Below are positions 62,771 through 64,000 of a stretch of DNA of 64,000 bases, one piece after another. A program made the position numbers and the translations under genes. Each line of letters begins with the position of its first letter. Within the stretch, counting starts at the first letter, position 1. Below the pieces are notes generated by a model. That model did no database searches. It was not told where the DNA came from and saw only the letters and a program-made list of their open reading frames with translations. Origin of the DNA: a virus; IMG/VR virus record IMGVR_UViG_3300043015_000560, positions 16,086 to 80,085 of that record. One strand, written 5' to 3'.

Positions 62771-63197
62771 TATACAAGTCTTAAAACTAGTCAATGGACA
62801 GACAATTGTTGGTATTACGGATTTGCTTCCCGATGGAAATACCTACGTTCAATACCCACTAGAAATTATAACTAGGTCCTTGCCTTCCCCGGACGGTCAG
62901 CCTGTAGGCGAAATGAACCACATACGTCCTTATTTAATGATGACAGACGTAGACAACGTTTCAATTGATCCTTTTAATATTATGACATCTTTTCCTTTGT
63001 CACAATCATTTCATCAATCATATAATAATTTAGTTGAAACAGTTTACAAACAGGAAGTTAGCTACGATGGTAGCTTTTTAGATGAAGTAGACGAGGATCC
63101 GTTGGCTAAAGATGTCGAGGATTTAACTGAAGAAGAGAAAGAATATTTAGATGGAGTATTAGAACAAGTAACGGGTAGTAAACGGACTGTACACTAA
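62763..63197 (+). CDS. Hypothetical protein (Sm-like fold candidate) between uvsW and gp55
   Basis: VLKLVNGQTIVG N-terminal motif, acidic tail ending RTVH; conserved position. Confidence 0.7.
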   Translation: MDNIQVLKLVNGQTIVGITDLLPDGNTYVQYPLEIITRSLPSPDGQPVGEMNHIRPYLMMTDVDNVSIDPFNIMTSFPLSQSFHQSYNNLVETVYKQEVSYDGSFLDEVDEDPLAKDVEDLTEEEKEYLDGVLEQVTGSKRTVH

Positions 63198-63238
63198 GTT
63201 GTATTAAAGTTATTATTCCTTTTATCGCTACATAGCGA

Positions 63239-63267
63239 AGTATACACATACAAAAACAATTTGTCAA
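63239..63267 (-). promoter_or_regulatory. Antisense sigma70-type promoter
   Basis: Minus strand TTGACA-N17-TATACT; no minus-strand gene downstream. Confidence 0.65.
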
Positions 63268-63293
63268 GCAATTTTTTTATAATGGAGACCAAA

Positions 63294-63884
63294 ATGGAAA
63301 AGAAGAAGGCAAGAGCTCACTACATTGACAATAAGGAGTTCTTAAAGCAAATAAGCGAGTACAGGTTAACTGTTCTTGCCGCAAAAGAAAAAGGAGTCGA
63401 TAAGCCTCCTGTAACAGGCTACCTAGGTGAGTGCTTTATTAAGATAGCAAACCACTTAGCATACAAGTCAAACTTTATCAATTATACATTTCGCGATGAG
63501 ATGATCTTAGATGGTATTGAAAACTGTCTAACATATATTGATAACTTTGATCCCGCAAAATCCTCAAACCCGTTTGCGTACTTTACCCAAATTACATACT
63601 ACGCATTCCTTAGACGTATTCAGAAAGAGAAGCGACAAATGGATACTAAGATGAAGTATCTACAAAGCGTTGACTTGGAAGGTCTAATTGCTGATGCCGA
63701 AGGAAGTGGTGAGGGTAGCAATGAGTTCTTAGATTGGATGCGTACACAATTAGATCTAACAGCACAAGACAATGCTAAGATTGAGGCACAAACTAGTAAG
63801 AACATTCCTAAGAGACGACCAAAATATTTAGATAAGAAACGGTCGGATGAGGAAGAAAAAGCACTTGACAATCAGTCTAAATAG
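63294..63884 (+). CDS. gp55: Late sigma factor gp55
   Basis: HYIDNKEFL...YLGECFIKIANHL..K.NFINYTFRDEMILDGIENC..YIDNFDP.KS.NPFAYFTQI.YYAFLRRIQKEK; start refined to ATG after GGAG. Confidence 0.96.
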   Translation: MEKKKARAHYIDNKEFLKQISEYRLTVLAAKEKGVDKPPVTGYLGECFIKIANHLAYKSNFINYTFRDEMILDGIENCLTYIDNFDPAKSSNPFAYFTQITYYAFLRRIQKEKRQMDTKMKYLQSVDLEGLIADAEGSGEGSNEFLDWMRTQLDLTAQDNAKIEAQTSKNIPKRRPKYLDKKRSDEEEKALDNQSK

Positions 63885-63893
63885 TCGTATAAT
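63865..63893 (+). promoter_or_regulatory. Sigma70-type promoter for queE
   Basis: TTGACA-N17-TATAAT. Confidence 0.85.
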
Positions 63894-63922
63894 AGACAAA
63901 TAAATTTAGATAAAGGTATATT

Positions 63923-64000
63923 ATGAAAGTACGATTCTCGGAAATATTCTATAGCTTTCAAGGCGAGGCTGAACACGCAGGCACTCCTACGACATGGATT
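63923..64000 (+). CDS. queE: 7-carboxy-7-deazaguanine synthase QueE-like radical SAM enzyme (5' fragment)
   Basis: MKVRFSEIFYSFQGEAEHAGTPTTWI matches the QueE N-terminal EIFxSxQGEG...G.P..F motif; truncated by window end. Confidence 0.8.
   Translation, partial: MKVRFSEIFYSFQGEAEHAGTPTTWI

Overview
AT-rich segment of a large T4-like myovirus genome. The gene set resembles marine cyanophage/pelagiphage/proteobacterial T4-like phages; the host cannot be fixed from this window. From the left it carries the tail of a phage tmRNA, a cell-wall hydrolase, a sugar epimerase, gp33-gp59-gp32, tRNA-Arg(UCU) and a chorismate mutase-like gene. Next comes the baseplate/tail module (tape measure, gp51, gp26, gp54, gp2, gp4, gp48, gp53, gp27, gp5, gp25, gp6, gp7, gp8, VrlC-like) and fibre genes interrupted by a roughly 8-kb modification island of glycosyltransferases, methyltransferases, an oxygenase and a pseudo-radical-SAM protein. 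The window ends with neck, terminase, sheath, tube, portal, prohead and capsid genes (gp13-gp23), gp3, uvsY, uvsW, gp55 and the start of queE. Host-type TTGACA-N16/17-TATAAT promoters and many T4 late TATAAATA promoters are visible. Most notable observations: (1) a Tyr-x-Gly repeat fibre whose repeat register is mirror-symmetric, implying a ~190-residue out-and-back hairpin, directly followed by the modification island (candidate virion/fibre decoration system); (2) two unannotated candidate -1 ribosomal frameshifts (gp26 to gp51 upstream of the tape measure, and a post-capsid lipoprotein); (3) a probably permuted phage tmRNA; (4) a set of fibre proteins sharing short terminal tags; (5) candidate leaderless late mRNAs and an antisense promoter upstream of gp55. 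Family assignments come from motif recognition and synteny, not database searches.
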